Part shown: positions 40,015 through 50,664 of the stretch, piece after piece
Position numbering within the stretch: position 1 is the first letter of the stretch
Layout: each line of letters begins with the position of its first letter
Source: Sphingomonadales bacterium
GTDB taxonomy: Bacteria; Pseudomonadota; Alphaproteobacteria; Sphingomonadales; Sphingomonadaceae
DNA length: 64,000 nucleotides
Reading direction: 5' to 3'
Assembly (NCBI GenBank): GCA_038210785.1
Contig: JBBQWH010000002.1
Span: forward strand, 19,276-83,275
Notes under the pieces: generated by a model
Databases searched by the model: none
What the model was told of the DNA's origin: nothing
The model's input: only the letters and a program-made list of their open reading frames with translations
Translations under genes and position numbers: made by a program

Positions 40015-40977
40015 ATGGCCCACGCGCACGCCCTTCATCCCTCGCACTCCGGCAACGACGCGGCCGATTGTCACGGGCTGCACAATGCCAACGGACACCA
40101 TCATGGGCCGGAGAGTTTCGGGCGCGCATTCGCGATCGGGATTGGACTCAACCTAGCATTTGTCGTGATCGAGGCGGCCGCCGGGTTGCTTTACGGCTCA
40201 ATCGCGCTGGTGGCGGACGCAGGGCACAACCTGTCCGACGTGCTCGCGCTGGCACTGGCGTGGATCGCCAGCATCGCCGCCCGTCGGCCTCCGTCGGGCC
40301 GCTTCACTTATGGCTACAAAAGCTCGACCATCCTCGCCGCGCTCGCCAATGCGCTGCTGCTAGCGGTCGCGATCGGCGCGATCCTGTTTGAGACCGTCCA
40401 GCGGCTGATGACCCCGCAGGAGCCGCAAGGGCTGGTGATGGCGGTGGTCGCCGGGATCGGGATCGCGGTCAACGGGTTGACAGCCATGCTGTTTGTGCGC
40501 GGACAGGAGGATATTAACATCCGCGGGGCCTACCTCCACATGGTAGCCGATGCGCTGGTTTCGCTGGGCGTGGTGGTGGCGGGGCTGGCGATCCTGACCA
40601 CTGGGCAATGGTGGATCGACCCGCTGGTCAGTCTCGTGATTGTTGCGGTGATCGCCCGGGGAACTTGGGGCTTGGCGCGCGACAGTCTGACGATGGGACT
40701 GCTGGCGGTGCCTGCGCGGATCGAGCTGGCCGAGGTCAAGCGGCACCTCGCCAGCTTCGAGGGGGTCAGCGCGGTGCACGATCTCCATGTCTGGCCGATG
40801 TCGACCACCGAAGTCGCGCTGACCGCGCATCTGGTGATGCCCGGCCGGCCTGCGCCTGACAGCTTCCTGCACGAGGTTGCTGCCTCGCTCGCCGCGCGTT
40901 TTGGTGTCGGCCACGCGACGCTCCAGATCGAAAGCGGCGAAAATCCGTGCGGGCACCTTTGCGGGGAGCGTTGCTGA
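40015..40977 (+). CDS. Cation diffusion facilitator (ZitB/CzcD-like)
   Basis: His-rich N-terminus, ADAGHNLSD, FTYGY, GAYLHMVAD, VHDLHVW. Confidence 0.92.
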   Translation: MAHAHALHPSHSGNDAADCHGLHNANGHHHGPESFGRAFAIGIGLNLAFVVIEAAAGLLYGSIALVADAGHNLSDVLALALAWIASIAARRPPSGRFTYGYKSSTILAALANALLLAVAIGAILFETVQRLMTPQEPQGLVMAVVAGIGIAVNGLTAMLFVRGQEDINIRGAYLHMVADALVSLGVVVAGLAILTTGQWWIDPLVSLVIVAVIARGTWGLARDSLTMGLLAVPARIELAEVKRHLASFEGVSAVHDLHVWPMSTTEVALTAHLVMPGRPAPDSFLHEVAASLAARFGVGHATLQIESGENPCGHLCGERC

Positions 40978-41564
40978 TGGCCGCGCGGCCCCGCCCTTCC
41001 ACTGCCGAAGAACGTGAAGCGCTGCGCGAGGCGATGACGCGGCTGGCCGCAGGCGACGCGGCCGCGCTCGAGGAAATTTACCGCGCCACCCGGGTGAAGC
41101 TGTTCGGCATCTGCCTGCGTATCTTGGGGGATCAAAAGGAAGCCGAGGACGCCTTGCAAGACGTCTATGTCAATCTGTGGCAGCGGGCGGACCGCTATGA
41201 CCCTGCCCGCGCGAGCCCGATCGCGTGGTTGGCGGCGTTTGCCCGTAACCGCGCAATCGACCGGCTGCGCACCGGCAAGGTGCGCGGCAATTCGGTCGGG
41301 ATCGAAGATGCCGCGCCCTTGCCCGACGAAGCCCCGCTGGCTGATATGCTGCTGGTCGATGCCGAACAAACCGCGCAGATCCACAAGTGCCTGGGCGCGC
41401 TCGATGAGCGCACACAGGGCCATATCCGCGCCGCCTTTTTCGAAGGACGCACTTATGCTCAGTTGGCCGAGGCAGCCGATGTGCCGCTGGGCACGATGAA
41501 GAGCTGGATCCGCCGCGGGCTGCAACGCCTGCGCGCCTGTCTCGAAGCGAGCGAAACGACATGA
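40977..41564 (+). CDS. ECF sigma factor (SigK-like)
   Basis: AEDALQDVY, WL...ARNRAID, PLGTMKSWIRRGL. Confidence 0.92.
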   Translation: MAARPRPSTAEEREALREAMTRLAAGDAAALEEIYRATRVKLFGICLRILGDQKEAEDALQDVYVNLWQRADRYDPARASPIAWLAAFARNRAIDRLRTGKVRGNSVGIEDAAPLPDEAPLADMLLVDAEQTAQIHKCLGALDERTQGHIRAAFFEGRTYAQLAEAADVPLGTMKSWIRRGLQRLRACLEASETT

Positions 41565-42382
41565 CCGGCCCTGAAAACACCCCTGAGGCCGGCGCGCCCC
41601 AAGAGCCTGTGCGCAACGACGCGATGACCGCCGCCGAATGGGCGCTGGGCTTGCTGGAGGGCCAAGAACTGCTCGCCGCGCGCGGGAAGTTTGCCACTGA
41701 TCCTGACTTCGCATGGCGCAAGGGGTGGTGGGACAACTGGCTTGCACCGCTGACGGATGAGATTCCGGGGGCAGAGCCAGGCGACCACGTGTGGGACGGG
41801 ATCGCCGCGCGCGTTGCCGGTCAGGCAGGGGCAGGTCAGGCAGGAACAGCGCAGCGGTCGGCTACCACGGCATTGTCCGAAGATGCACCGCTGCCAAGCA
41901 ATGTCATCGTGCTCGAAGCGCGGGTGCGGCGCTGGCAGTGGGCAGCAGGGCTAACCTCGGCCGCCGCTGCCGTTGCGCTGGCACTTCTCACGGTCATGCC
42001 GCGTCAGACCCCGATCGAAGCCCCCGAGCAATTCGCCGCCGCTGCACCGCTTGTGGCCACGGTACCGATTGGCGAAACCGGCCTCAGGATCGATGTCACT
42101 TACATCCCCGAAAGCGAAAAAATGCTGGTCACCGCGATCGGCCTCACCGCCGACGGGGTTCATGATCACGAGCTGTGGCTGGTGCCCGCCGATGGCGGCG
42201 CGCTGCAATCACTGGGCGTGGTTGCCCCTGGCGAGGTGCGCAGCATGGCCTTGCCCGCCGCGATCACCGCCAAACTCGGCGACGGGTCGAGCCTGGTGCT
42301 GACCCGCGAACCGATTGGCGGCAAGCCTGAAGGCATTGATGCCGGACCGGTAGTAGCCAAAGGCGCTTTTACCCGCGTGTGA
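41561..42382 (+). CDS. RskA-type anti-sigma factor
   Basis: AAEWALGLL anti-sigma domain, TM, ELWLV...SLG..., LTREPIGG.P.G C-terminal RskA domain. Confidence 0.85.
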   Translation: MTGPENTPEAGAPQEPVRNDAMTAAEWALGLLEGQELLAARGKFATDPDFAWRKGWWDNWLAPLTDEIPGAEPGDHVWDGIAARVAGQAGAGQAGTAQRSATTALSEDAPLPSNVIVLEARVRRWQWAAGLTSAAAAVALALLTVMPRQTPIEAPEQFAAAAPLVATVPIGETGLRIDVTYIPESEKMLVTAIGLTADGVHDHELWLVPADGGALQSLGVVAPGEVRSMALPAAITAKLGDGSSLVLTREPIGGKPEGIDAGPVVAKGAFTRV

Positions 42383-42443
42383 CGGCGCTATCCCTCGGTT
42401 CACCGCACGCCTGCGACGTTTGAACCATTCTGCTTCTCGCTTG

Positions 42444-42470
42444 TCATCCGCAGCGCATGTTGCCGCGTAA
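42444..42470 (+). promoter_or_regulatory. Putative ECF promoter of fasciclin gene 1
   Basis: TCATCC-N16-CGTAA; the same motif occurs before fasciclin gene 2. Confidence 0.7.
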
Positions 42471-42513
42471 CTCCTAAATATGGCGGCGTTGGGGCGGCCA
42501 AAAGGAGAGCTTT

Positions 42514-43134
42514 ATGTTTACCAGCAAGAAATTCACTTCCAATGCAGCCGCGCTCGCTATGGCCGCGGCTTCTGCGCTGATCGTGTCGGGCTGCACCACC
42601 ACCATGGACGACAAGGATGCCATGGCCGACAAGGCCGCCATGGCCGACGACAACGTGCCGATGGTTGGCGGCGCGGCCATGTTCCCGACCAAGAACATCA
42701 TCGAAAACGCCGTCAACTCGGCCGATCACACCACGCTGGTCGCAGCGGTCAAGGCTGCTGATCTGGTTGGCGCGCTGTCGGGCCCTGGCCCGTTCACCGT
42801 GTTCGCGCCGACCAACGCGGCCTTCGCCAAGCTGCCTGCCGGCACGGTTGAAACGCTGGTGAAGCCGGAAAACAAGGCCACGCTTACCAAGATTCTCACC
42901 TCACATGTGGTTTCGGGCCGGGTTTCCGCAAGCGAGCTGATCGGCCTGATCAAGCAGGGCGGCGGCAAGGCCGAACTCACGACCCTCAGCGGTGCCAAGC
43001 TGACCGCGCGTGTCGTCGGCGGCAAGGTCGTGCTGACGGACGGCAAGGGCGGAACCGCTACCGTCACTCAGGCCGACGTGTTCCAATCGAACGGCGTGAT
43101 CCATGTGACCGACACTGTGTCGCTGCCTGCCTAA
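42514..43134 (+). CDS. Fasciclin (FAS1) domain lipoprotein
   Basis: Lipobox IVSGC, GPFTVFAPTNAAF, SNGVIHV. Confidence 0.93.
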   Translation: MFTSKKFTSNAAALAMAAASALIVSGCTTTMDDKDAMADKAAMADDNVPMVGGAAMFPTKNIIENAVNSADHTTLVAAVKAADLVGALSGPGPFTVFAPTNAAFAKLPAGTVETLVKPENKATLTKILTSHVVSGRVSASELIGLIKQGGGKAELTTLSGAKLTARVVGGKVVLTDGKGGTATVTQADVFQSNGVIHVTDTVSLPA

Positions 43135-43153
43135 TCGCCAAGGTTTAACAGAT

Positions 43154-43235
43154 AGCGCTGCCCCGCCCCCCCCCTTACTGGGGCAGCGCTTCTCCCGACC
43201 CCGTCCGGCCTTCCTCCAAGGCCGGGCGGGGTTTT
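43154..43235 (+). terminator. Double-hairpin 3' element with C-rich/CCUCC loops (terminator, possibly sRNA)
   Basis: Hairpin with a poly-C loop, then a 15-bp stem with a CCTCC loop and T-tract. Confidence 0.65.
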
Positions 43236-43281
43236 GTGTTTGCAGGGTCCAGATAGCAAGGCGTTTTCAAATATTTAAATT

Positions 43282-43308
43282 TCATCCGGCGCACTGTAGC
43301 GGCCGTAG
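43282..43308 (+). promoter_or_regulatory. Putative ECF promoter of fasciclin gene 2
   Basis: TCATCC-N16-CGTAG with an AT-rich tract upstream. Confidence 0.7.
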
Positions 43309-43366
43309 CTTTGTAGCAAGCGGGAGGACTTGCAGACCCAACAACAAGCATAAGGAGATATCTATC

Positions 43367-43924
43367 ATGACTCTCAAGACCACACTGGCCGCCGCCATCG
43401 CCGCCGCACTCACCGTCACCACCGGCCTAATCGCTGTCCCTGCGCTGGCTGACCACCACAAGGCCGCTGCGCCTGCCTCACCCAACATCGTCGCAACCGC
43501 GATGGGCACCGGCGTGCACAACACTCTTGTCGCTGCCGTGAAGGCCGCCGGGCTTGTTGACACGCTGAGCAGCCCCGGCCCGTTCACCGTCTTCGCGCCG
43601 ACCGACACCGCCTTTGCCAAGCTGCCCCAAGGCACCGTAGCCACGTTGGTGAAGCCTGAGAACAAGGGCACGCTGACCACCATCCTCACCTACCATGCAG
43701 TGGCGGGCAAGGTGACCAGTGCCGATCTTATCGCACTGATCAAAAAGCACAGCGGCAAAGCCACAATAACCACAGTTCAGGGCGGCACGCTGACCGCGCG
43801 GCTTTCGGGCGACAAGATCGTGATCACCGATGCCAAGGGCGGCGTGACCGCCGTGACCACGGCTGACGTAATGACGTCCAACGGCGTGATCCACGTCACC
43901 GACGGAGTGTTCCTCCCCGCCTGA
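43367..43924 (+). CDS. Secreted fasciclin (FAS1) domain protein
   Basis: Sec signal (ALA), GPFTVFAPTDTAF, ILTYH, SNGVIHV; strong RBS TAAGGAG. Confidence 0.93.
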   Translation: MTLKTTLAAAIAAALTVTTGLIAVPALADHHKAAAPASPNIVATAMGTGVHNTLVAAVKAAGLVDTLSSPGPFTVFAPTDTAFAKLPQGTVATLVKPENKGTLTTILTYHAVAGKVTSADLIALIKKHSGKATITTVQGGTLTARLSGDKIVITDAKGGVTAVTTADVMTSNGVIHVTDGVFLPA

Positions 43925-43940
43925 TCGAACCTCACCGCTG

Positions 43941-44029
43941 GCGCCGCTCTCCGCCCCCTTCCCCCCCATCCGGCGGGGCGGCGCTTGTCGGGACCCCGTC
44001 TGGCCTTCCTCCAAGGCCGGACGGGGTTT
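43941..44029 (+). terminator. Second double-hairpin 3' element with CCUCC loop
   Basis: Near-identical to 43197-43233; both substitutions preserve the structure. Confidence 0.65.
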
Positions 44030-44031
44030 CC

Positions 44032-44376
44032 TTATGGGGTTAGCAGCAAGCGGCGCATTTTCGCCTGAAGCAGAGCGAGAAGCGCCGGGTCCATGACGCC
44101 GTAATCGTCGGGAATTCCCAGAACAACGACACGCGTTGCGCCCAGCGCGCCGCGATGCTTCGTCTGAAGTTTTCGTTGGTGCGCTCGTTCCAGCACGAAA
44201 ATTATGTCGGCCAACGCGACCAGTTCGTCAGAAAGAGGGCTGGTCGGCATCGCAGTTGACGCCGGCCGAGAGGGTCTCAATCCCGGAAACCTTGGCGAAG
44301 AGATGCTCGGCGATCGGGATGCGAAGCCGGTTATTGCCGTAGATATAGAGGAAGCGGATGAGCGCTTCGGAGCCAA
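44032..44376 (-). pseudogene. Frameshifted low-molecular-weight protein-tyrosine-phosphatase-like gene
   Basis: N-terminal homology ([19 protein letters not shown]...SAG...DADQP) is in one frame and the C-terminal part ([17 protein letters not shown]...LGIPDDY) in another. Shift near 44236-44240; catalytic Cys absent. Confidence 0.72.
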
Positions 44377-45642
<1,266 letters not shown>

Positions 45643-45851
45643 TCCTGTGTCCTCGAATCCGCGTGACGCAGCACCTTCGTGCAGGCGGCGGATTCGTCAA
45701 GTGTATCTCTCGCACCGGATGAATCAACACATAGCGCATGATTTCGTACCGTTACCATAGCGCGACCGGCCGCGAAGTTGCGGAAAAACTACGCCAGATC
45801 GGGGTTTGTCCCGCCACGGTGCAGGTGGCGAGGCAAGCCTTAGAAGCGTGA

Positions 45852-46556
45852 TTAATCAGGCGCGCCGCCCGAACCGCTCTCATCGCCGGTTTCCTCGTTC
45901 TCGGGCCGGGTCTCGAACACCTTGTCGACCAGACCGAAGGTCTTGGCTTCATCGGCTTCGAGAAAGGTGTCGCGGTCCATCGCCTTTTCGATTTCCTCAA
46001 GGCTCCGGCCGGTGAACTTCACATACAGATCATTCATGCGCGCACGGATGCGCAGGATCTCGCGCGCCTGAATCTCGATGTCCGACGCCATCCCACGCGC
46101 TCCGCCCGAAGGCTGGTGAATCATGACCCGAGCATTGGGAAGCGCAATCCGCATCCCCGGCTCGCCCGCAGCCAGCAGGAAACTGCCCATGCTGGCGGCT
46201 TGCCCCATGCATACGGTCGACACGCGCGGCTTGATGTACTGCATCGTATCGTAAATCTGCAGACCGGCTGTCACCACGCCGCCGGGCGAGTTGATATACA
46301 TGCTGATCGGCTTTGACGGGTTTTCGCTTTCGAGGAACAGCAGCTGCGCGGTGATGAGCGAGGCCATGCCGTCTTCGATCGGCCCGGTGACGAACACGAT
46401 GCGTTCGCGCAGCAGACGGGAGAAGATGTCGAAGCTGCGTTCGCCCCGGCTGGTCTGCTCGACGACCACCGGCACCAGCGCCCCTGTATAGGGGTCGCGC
46501 GTGAACTGGCCCTGAGTGCCATAAGTTTCGCCGGAATTGCCAAACAGGTCGATCAT
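45852..46556 (-). CDS. clpP: ATP-dependent Clp protease proteolytic subunit
   Basis: [30 protein letters not shown]. Confidence 0.97.
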   Translation of the reverse strand: MIDLFGNSGETYGTQGQFTRDPYTGALVPVVVEQTSRGERSFDIFSRLLRERIVFVTGPIEDGMASLITAQLLFLESENPSKPISMYINSPGGVVTAGLQIYDTMQYIKPRVSTVCMGQAASMGSFLLAAGEPGMRIALPNARVMIHQPSGGARGMASDIEIQAREILRIRARMNDLYVKFTGRSLEEIEKAMDRDTFLEADEAKTFGLVDKVFETRPENEETGDESGSGGAPD

Positions 46557-46592
46557 GGGATGTGGGTGTCCTTGATGGGTGTCGAACCGGCT

Positions 46593-46620
46593 ATGTCGGA
46601 GGCAAGCAGGCAATTTCAAG
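46593..46620 (-). promoter_or_regulatory. Putative sigma32 promoter of clpP
   Basis: Minus strand CTTGAA-N15-CCGACAT, matching the alphaproteobacterial RpoH consensus pattern. Confidence 0.6.
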
Positions 46621-46720
46621 GGCGTTTACCTTGTGCCTGTGAATTGGCGGGGGAGAGTTGCGTGCAATCATGGGCTTTTTCCTCTTGCCGCCGCGCGGAT
46701 ACGTGGCAAATCATGATGCG

Positions 46721-48256
46721 ATGAACACGTCCACGCTTGCCCGCCCGGCCCTCGCCCTGCTTCTTGCCACCTGTGCGGCTCCGGCCCTCGCTCAATCGGC
46801 CAGCCCGCCGCCGCCCGAAGGCGCGGAAGATCGCGCGGCGGTTCAGGAACTGCTTGCGGTCGACGAATATATCCTGCGGATTCAGGCGCTCGATGATAAC
46901 GGCCCGCGGCTGAATGCGGTGATCGACTATGATCCCGCTGCCCCGGTCAAGGCGCGCCAGGCGTTCACGACCGGCCCGCTGCGGGGCCGCACCGTGCTGG
47001 TGAAGGACAATGTCGAGACCGCCGAATGGCCGACCACTGCGGGCAGCCTTGCGCTGAAAGACAATGCCACCGGCCGCGATGCCCCGCTGATCGCGCGGCT
47101 GCGCAAGAGCGGCGGTGTGGTGCTGGGCAAGACCAACCTTTCCGAATGGGCCAATATCCGATCGGATAGCTCGACCAGCGGGTGGAGCGCGGTGGGCGGG
47201 CTCACCCGCAACCCCTACGCGACCGATCGCAACAGCTGCGGTTCGTCTTCGGGCAGCGGGGCGGCGATTGCCGCGGGGTTTGCGTGGGGCGCGATCGGGA
47301 CCGAGACCAATGGCTCGATCACCTGCCCGGCCAGCATCAATGGCTTGGTCGGGTTCAAGCCGAGCGTCGGAATCGTTAGCCGCACGCATGTGGTGCCGAT
47401 CTCGAGTACACAGGACACCGCCGGACCGATGACCCGAACGGTCTACGATGCCGCGCTGCTGCTGACCGCGATCGCGGGCGCAGACCAGGCTGATCCGGTC
47501 ACGCTCACGGCCAAGCGGGTGGCAGATTACACGCAGGAGCTCGATACCACTTCGCTCAAAGGTGTCCGCATCGGGGTACTGCGCAGCGCGGTCGGGAGCC
47601 GTGCCGACGTGGAGGCGCTGTTCGACACCGCGCTCTCCGATCTGACCCGAGCGGGCGCGGTGCTGATCGATGTCGAATACAGCGCGCCGGGCGAGTTGTG
47701 GGAAGCCTCGCTCCCGGTGCTTTTGTTCGAACTGCGTACCGAGATGGACAAATATCTCAGCGGGCGTCCCGGCACCAACGGCCCGCGCAGTCTTGCCGAG
47801 GTGGTTGCCTTCAACACCGCCAATGCCCGGGAAGAATTACGCTGGTTCGGGCAGGATCTGTTCGAACAGGCGCTCACCACCACAGATGAGGCCGCCTACC
47901 AGACCAACCTTGCCACCCTGCGCCGTCTGACCCGCGCCGAAGGGATCGACAAGTTGCTAACCGACAACAAAGTCGCCTTCCTCGTCGCACCCACTCAGGG
48001 CCCGGCGTGGAGCACCGACCTCGTCAATGGCGACAATTTCAGCGGGCGGATCGGCGCGGGCTATCTCGCCGCAATCGCGGGCTATCCGCACCTGACCGTG
48101 CCGATGGGCGCAGTAGAAGGCCTGCCGATCGGCTTCAGCATTATGGCCGGCCAGTGGCAGGACCATGCAGTCTTGAAGGCAGGCGCGGCCTACGAAAAGG
48201 CACGGACAGCCAAGCTGGCCGCGCCCACATTCCGTCCGTGGCGACCCCAGCCGTAA
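46721..48256 (+). CDS. Secreted amidase (amidase-signature family)
   Basis: Signal peptide, KDN, GKTNLSEWAN, GSSSGS, GTETNGSI. Confidence 0.92.
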   Translation: MNTSTLARPALALLLATCAAPALAQSASPPPPEGAEDRAAVQELLAVDEYILRIQALDDNGPRLNAVIDYDPAAPVKARQAFTTGPLRGRTVLVKDNVETAEWPTTAGSLALKDNATGRDAPLIARLRKSGGVVLGKTNLSEWANIRSDSSTSGWSAVGGLTRNPYATDRNSCGSSSGSGAAIAAGFAWGAIGTETNGSITCPASINGLVGFKPSVGIVSRTHVVPISSTQDTAGPMTRTVYDAALLLTAIAGADQADPVTLTAKRVADYTQELDTTSLKGVRIGVLRSAVGSRADVEALFDTALSDLTRAGAVLIDVEYSAPGELWEASLPVLLFELRTEMDKYLSGRPGTNGPRSLAEVVAFNTANAREELRWFGQDLFEQALTTTDEAAYQTNLATLRRLTRAEGIDKLLTDNKVAFLVAPTQGPAWSTDLVNGDNFSGRIGAGYLAAIAGYPHLTVPMGAVEGLPIGFSIMAGQWQDHAVLKAGAAYEKARTAKLAAPTFRPWRPQP

Positions 48257-48264
48257 CCTAGTGA

Positions 48265-48334
48265 GCCCCCCGCGCAGGCGTGGACTTGCCTAGGAGTTGC
48301 GAGGTCTGGCCTAAGACCCCGCCTTCGCGGGGGC
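48265..48334. repeat. REP-like inverted doublet between convergent amidase and tig
   Basis: GCCCCCCGCGCAGGCG ... CGCCTTCGCGGGGGC arms. Confidence 0.6.
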
Positions 48335-48346
48335 GAACAAGCAGGC

Positions 48347-49975
48347 TTATTTCTTCGCGGCGGCCTTCTTGGCCGGAGCTTTCTTGGCCGGAGCTTTCTT
48401 GGCGGCAGGCTTTTCGGCGGGCGCTGCTTCGGGTTCAGCCTTTTTCACCGGAGCCTTCTTGACCGGAGCCTTCGTGGCAGGCGCCTTCTTCGCAGGCGCC
48501 TTCTTGGCGGCGGGCTTGCCTTCAACAGGTGCTTCGACCGCGTCAGCGGCGGCCTCGGGCGCCTCATCGTCGCTCGCCGCGGCCTTCTTGGCGGATGCCT
48601 TCTTCTTCGCCGGGGCCTTTTTCGGTGCGGGAACAGCTTCCGGGGTTTCTTCAGCTTCGATCGCGGCCTGGAGTTCCTCGACGGTCACTTCGCGCTCAGT
48701 CACCGCAGCCTTGTCGAACAGGAAGTCGACGACTTTGTCCTCATAGAGCGGCGCGCGCATCTGGGCGGCGGCCATCGGCTCGGACTGGATGTACTGCACG
48801 AACCGCTCGCGATCCTCGGGCCGATATTGCATCGCCGCTTGCTGGATCAGCATGCTCATTTCTTGCGTAGTGATCTCGATGCCATTGGACTGTCCGATTT
48901 CCGAAAGCAGCAGGCCCAGACGAACGCGGCGTTCGGCGATCGAGCGATATTCGTCCTTCTCGTCCTCGATCTGCTTGAGCGCGGCGGCCGGATCATCGTC
49001 GCGCGCAGCTTCCTGCTGGAGCTGTTCCCAGATCTGCGCGAATTCGGCCTCGACCATAGTGCCGGGGACTTCGAAGCTGTGGCCCGCTGCCAGCTGATCG
49101 AGCAAAGAACGCTTCATCTGAGTGCGGGTCAGCCCGGCGGTCTGCTGTTCGAGCTGCGCCTTCATGATCTCGCGCAGCTTGTCGAGACTGTCGAGCCCAA
49201 GACTCTTGGCGAAATCCTCGTCAATCTGGGTTTCGCTTTCGACCTTCACCGCTTTTACGGTGATGTCGAAAGTGGCCTCCTGTCCCGCCAGATTTGCAGC
49301 CTGATACTCCGCCGGGAAAGTCACGTTGATGGTCTTTTGCGCGCCCGTTTTGACGCCAACGAGCTGCTCTTCAAAGCCGGGAATGAAAGTGCCCGAACCC
49401 AGCACCAGCGCAGCATCTTCCGCCGTGCCGCCATCGAACTCGACCCCGTCCAGCTTGCCGACGAAATCGATGATGAGTTGATCACCATCGGCTGCCTTCT
49501 TGGTTTTGGCCGCGTTCTTGTAGCTCTTGTTCTGGCTCGCGATGTTGCCAAGCGCTTCGTCAATCTGCGCGTCAGTCACCGGCACCACCAGCTTTTCGAG
49601 CTTGAGCCCGTCAAGGCTCGGCGCGGCAATGCTCGGCAGCACTTCAAGGCTGACACTGATTTCGGCGTCCTTGCCCTGTTCGTAATCTTCGTTGAGGCCG
49701 ACCTCTGGCTGCATCGCCGGGCGCAGCGCTTCATCGCGCACCAGCTTGTCGACCGATTCGCGAATCGTGTCCGTCACCACCTGCCCGTGCAGGGCTTCGC
49801 CGTGCATCTTCTTGACGAGGTTGGCGGGAACCTTGCCCGGACGGAAGCCGGGCATCTTCACCTGCGGCGCGATCTTCTTGATCTCGGCATCGATCTTGGC
49901 AGTAAGATCGGCGGCGGGAATCGTGATCAGATAGGAGCGCTTGAGCCCTTCGTTGACGGTCTGCTTGGTGTGCAT
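48347..49975 (-). CDS. tig: Trigger factor with Lys/Ala/Pro-rich C-terminal tail
   Basis: GFRPGKVP, IDFVG...FDGG, FIPGFEEQL, AERRVRLGLLL. Confidence 0.97.
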   Translation of the reverse strand: MHTKQTVNEGLKRSYLITIPAADLTAKIDAEIKKIAPQVKMPGFRPGKVPANLVKKMHGEALHGQVVTDTIRESVDKLVRDEALRPAMQPEVGLNEDYEQGKDAEISVSLEVLPSIAAPSLDGLKLEKLVVPVTDAQIDEALGNIASQNKSYKNAAKTKKAADGDQLIIDFVGKLDGVEFDGGTAEDAALVLGSGTFIPGFEEQLVGVKTGAQKTINVTFPAEYQAANLAGQEATFDITVKAVKVESETQIDEDFAKSLGLDSLDKLREIMKAQLEQQTAGLTRTQMKRSLLDQLAAGHSFEVPGTMVEAEFAQIWEQLQQEAARDDDPAAALKQIEDEKDEYRSIAERRVRLGLLLSEIGQSNGIEITTQEMSMLIQQAAMQYRPEDRERFVQYIQSEPMAAAQMRAPLYEDKVVDFLFDKAAVTEREVTVEELQAAIEAEETPEAVPAPKKAPAKKKASAKKAAASDDEAPEAAADAVEAPVEGKPAAKKAPAKKAPATKAPVKKAPVKKAEPEAAPAEKPAAKKAPAKKAPAKKAAAKK

Positions 49976-50038
49976 GGGGACTGGTCTGAAGCCTTCTTGC
50001 AAAAAATTTCGTGAGCACGGACAGGTTCGGGGCGAATT

Positions 50039-50123
50039 TGGTGCGGGCGAAGGGACTCGAACCCCCACATCTTACGATACCAGAACCTAAATCTGGCGCG
50101 TCTACCAATTTCGCCACGCCCGC
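50039..50123 (-). tRNA. tRNA-Leu (TAG)
   Basis: 85-nt cloverleaf with long variable arm, anticodon loop TTTAGGT, GTTCGA, encoded CCA. Confidence 0.96.
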
Positions 50124-50283
50124 ATGCCCGAACGAAGCCGCGCGGGGAAACCGGCTAAGGCACCCCGCGCGTATTAGCGGCTGCCTCTATCCCGCTCCGC
50201 TGAAAAGGGCAAGCGCAACACGCTTGCCAAGGAACTTGCCATGGAACTTGAAGGTCGAGGCTTTGCCGATTAAAGGCGCGCGG

Positions 50284-50610
50284 ATGAACGAAGAAACCCC
50301 CGAGATAACGCCCGCACCCGTGACCACTGGCAATGACGTCCCGCCCGATCACCTCTCGGTCAATCCGCGCAGCCCCTTCTTCGACGCGGAAAAGCTCCAG
50401 CGCGGGGTCGGGATCCGGTTCAAGGATCGGGTGCGCACCGATATCGAGGAATATTCGATTACCGAAGGCTGGGTGCGAGTGCAGGCCGGAAAGGCCATGG
50501 ACCGGAAAGGCCAAGCGCTGACGATCAAGCTCACCGGCCCGGTTGAGGCGTGGTACGAGGATCTGGGCGAGAACCCGCCGGTTGCTCGCAAGGATTCAGA
50601 CCTAGCCTGA
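50284..50610 (+). CDS. DUF3297 family protein
   Basis: PPDHLSVNPRSPFF, GVGIRF, EEYSITEGWVRV, KLTGPVEAW. Confidence 0.82.
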   Translation: MNEETPEITPAPVTTGNDVPPDHLSVNPRSPFFDAEKLQRGVGIRFKDRVRTDIEEYSITEGWVRVQAGKAMDRKGQALTIKLTGPVEAWYEDLGENPPVARKDSDLA

Positions 50611-50664
50611 TTGCCGCCCTGCTGCTTGCCAAAAGCGGCGTTTGCGCCCACTTGGGCGGGCAAC

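Noticed and set aside
50225-50275. EcfG/SigT promoter (GGAAC) before DUF3297
   Set aside because: GGAACT occurs twice, but there is no CGTT-like -10 at 16-17 nt spacing
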